The notes under the pieces are model-generated. The model ran no database searches and had not been told where the DNA came from. It saw only the letters and a program-made list of their open reading frames with translations. Made by a program: the position numbers and the translations under genes. A stretch of 59,178 nt of DNA, from IMG/VR virus record IMGVR_UViG_3300012940_001187, positions 1 to 59,178 of that record; one strand, written 5' to 3'. The stretch comes from a virus (Duplodnaviria; Caudoviricetes). Positions 57,075-59,178 of the stretch are shown piece by piece (position 1 is the first letter of the stretch; each line of letters opens with the position of its first letter).

Positions 57075-58265
57075 ATGGCGAGACGGCCTAGGAAGCAACC
57101 CAACGTCTACCAGCGGAGCGACGGCCGTTGGGAAGCACGCGCGACGATCGAGGGCAGGCGGAAATCGTTCTACGGCGATACGCAGGATGAAGCGCTGGAA
57201 GAGCGGCGGAAAGCGCTCGAGCGTGCGAGCGCCGGGATCAAGCAACCTTCGGCGCAACTCAAATTGAATGACTATGCGGAGATGTGGCTGCGTGATGTGG
57301 CGCCGATGAGGCTGGCCCCTGCGACTGTCCGCCTCTACAACATGGTCTATACCGGGACATGGAAGCCACTGCTCGGGGATAAGAGCTTGATCCGCATCAC
57401 CAAGATCGACGTGCAGCAAGCGGTCTCCCAGCTGCAGAAGGAGCTCAAGCCATCGACCGTCAAGCGCTGGCTCTCCTGCCTACGCGGCATTTTCAACCAC
57501 GCGATCGACATGTCGCTCATGTCCGTGAATCCCACGCACGAGGTCACGATTCCAAGGATCAAGAAGAAGGAGTTTCCGGAAATGTCCGACGAGGATCTTA
57601 TCCGAATCATCGACGCGATTGAGAAGCATTCCCATGGTCCCTTGCTCGGCACCATGCTCTTTGCCGGGTTACGCATCGGCGAGACCCTCGGACTCCGGCG
57701 TAACGACATCGACTTTGCGAAGAAGACCATCACCGTCGACCAGGCGGTCCGGATCGTCGATTCCGCCACGAATGAGAAGGGGCTCGGAGACCCGAAAACG
57801 GAAACGAGCAAGCGCGTGGTCTGGATGATGCCGGAACTGGAAGCGTTGCTGAAGAAGCAGCGCGCAACCGTCGCAACTATCCAGCTCAAGACAGGCCCCG
57901 AGTGGAACCCGCTCGACCTCGTGTTCCCGACAGTCGACGGCACGTTCATCAATGAGGCGACGATCCGGAAGGCGCTGCGCCTGCTGTGCGACGACCTCGG
58001 CCTCGACCTTCGTACGCCGAAGGGGGAAAAGGTCGATCACCTGACGCCGCACATGCTCCGCCATCTCAATACGACGCTGATGAGCGAGGCAGGCATCAAT
58101 CCTCGGCTCGCGGCCGATTTGCTTGGGCATAGCGACACCTCGACCACGCTGGATGTGTATACGCACTCCCGCCGGCGCTCCCGCCAATACGCCACCGAAG
58201 CGATGTCCAGCTACCTTCAGCGATTGCGAGAAGGCAAGGTGCATCCCGACCAACAAACGGGATAG
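57075..58265 (+). CDS. int: Tyrosine integrase
   Basis: N-terminal arm-binding (RSDGRWEA); GLRIGE, PKT, HMLRH, LGHS, VYTH. Confidence 0.97.
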   Translation: MARRPRKQPNVYQRSDGRWEARATIEGRRKSFYGDTQDEALEERRKALERASAGIKQPSAQLKLNDYAEMWLRDVAPMRLAPATVRLYNMVYTGTWKPLLGDKSLIRITKIDVQQAVSQLQKELKPSTVKRWLSCLRGIFNHAIDMSLMSVNPTHEVTIPRIKKKEFPEMSDEDLIRIIDAIEKHSHGPLLGTMLFAGLRIGETLGLRRNDIDFAKKTITVDQAVRIVDSATNEKGLGDPKTETSKRVVWMMPELEALLKKQRATVATIQLKTGPEWNPLDLVFPTVDGTFINEATIRKALRLLCDDLGLDLRTPKGEKVDHLTPHMLRHLNTTLMSEAGINPRLAADLLGHSDTSTTLDVYTHSRRRSRQYATEAMSSYLQRLREGKVHPDQQTG

Positions 58266-58276
58266 TCGGTACCGAT

Positions 58277-58297
58277 TGGCGTCAAGAGTGGCGTCAA
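58277..58297 (+). repeat. Tandem TGGCGTCAA repeats, probable integrase arm-type sites
   Basis: Identical 9-mers at 58277-58285 and 58289-58297 just after int. Confidence 0.65.
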
Positions 58298-58417
58298 CCG
58301 GGCTCGGCAGGGCGATCCAGTAGTCAAAAATGTGCGAAACTACGGGGCGTCCCGGGCATGGTGCCGGGTCTTGGGTGGTACTCTCCGAGGGTACCGTTTC
58401 AAAGTATCGGAGGAGCT

Positions 58418-59178
58418 GTGCGCGCCTATATCCTCTCGATCGGCAGCGAGCTCATCCTCGGTCACCTCACCGATACCAACGCCACATTTCTCGAGCAAGA
58501 GCTTTCGACACTCGGTATCGAGCTGCTCCACGTGGTGCAGTGCGGGGACGATCGTGCGCGGTTGGCACGCACGATCCGCAATGCGATCGATGATGCCGAT
58601 CTCGTCATCTGCTCGGGTGGTATCGGCCCGACGGGCGACGATCTGACGCGTGAGGCGATCAGCGATGTCGTCGGTGAGACTCCGGAAATCGATTCCGATA
58701 TTCTCGCCGAGATTCAAGCCTTTTTTGCCCGGCGCGGCACCGAGATGCCGGAGCGCAACCGCAAGCAAGCCTGGCTCATCCCCTCGGCGCAAAGCCTGAA
58801 GAATCCAGTCGGCACCGCGCCCGGCTGGTTCGTCGAATTCGAGGGCCGCATCATCGTATGCATGCCCGGTGTGCCGCGCGAGATGTACCGCATGTGGCGC
58901 GAGCAGGTCGTGCCGCGATTACAGCAGCGCCTGCCGCAGAACGTCATCCGCACCGTTCGTATCAAAACGATCGGCATTGGCGAGTCGGCTGCCGAGCAGG
59001 AGCTGGTCGATCTCGTCGAGCGCCCGAATCCGATCGTCGCTACCTACGCCAAGGACGACGGCGTCTATATTCATGTGACCGGCATCGCCCAGACCGAGGA
59101 GGAGGCGATCGCGTTGCGCGATCTTGGCCGCTCCGGCGTCTACGAGCGGCTGGGCGACTACATCTACGGTGAGGACGA
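58418..59178 (+). CDS. cinA: Competence/damage-inducible protein CinA (partial; host gene; absent from ORF track)
   Basis: GTG start with GGAGGAG SD; MRAYILSIGSEL...DTNA...VICSGGIGPTGDDLTREA...NPVGTAPG...MPGVPREM. Confidence 0.92.
   Translation, partial: MRAYILSIGSELILGHLTDTNATFLEQELSTLGIELLHVVQCGDDRARLARTIRNAIDDADLVICSGGIGPTGDDLTREAISDVVGETPEIDSDILAEIQAFFARRGTEMPERNRKQAWLIPSAQSLKNPVGTAPGWFVEFEGRIIVCMPGVPREMYRMWREQVVPRLQQRLPQNVIRTVRIKTIGIGESAAEQELVDLVERPNPIVATYAKDDGVYIHVTGIAQTEEEAIALRDLGRSGVYERLGDYIYGED

Larger units (their letters stand above)
1..58330. mobile_element. Temperate siphovirus-like prophage (left end outside window; right boundary approximate)
   Basis: Contiguous lysis, tail, head, terminase, replication, repressor and integrase genes, followed by housekeeping cinA. 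Confidence 0.95.

Noticed and set aside
58340-58400. TGGTGCCGGG, read on the minus strand as a tRNA-like ...GGCACCA end
   Set aside because: No T-loop (GTTCRA) or cloverleaf upstream

Overview
About 58.3 kb of this GC-rich window is one temperate, long-tailed (siphovirus-like) prophage. It is cut off at the left edge inside its endolysin and ends on the right at a tyrosine integrase, followed by host cinA. Most phage genes are on the minus strand, in the order replication/recombination, methylation, accessory genes, terminase, portal, head, tail, lysis. Plus-strand cargo sits between the tail and lysis genes and, unusually, between portal and prohead protease. That second insert holds a LexA-box-controlled operon (three CxxC proteins plus SRAP), a small acidic protein, two exported thermonucleases and a Pycsar anti-phage system. 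The signals the gene list does not explain are: (1) a C5-methyltransferase locus written in two overlapping frames over about 1.2 kb, with both frames broken by one extra G in a G6 run; (2) three families of dispersed regulatory motifs; (3) a portal protein fused to an N-terminal HTH; (4) a candidate +1 frameshift (UUU CGC) in the tail chaperone. A Chloroflexota/Thermomicrobiales-like host is a tentative inference only. All product calls come from motif reading and synteny, with no database searches.
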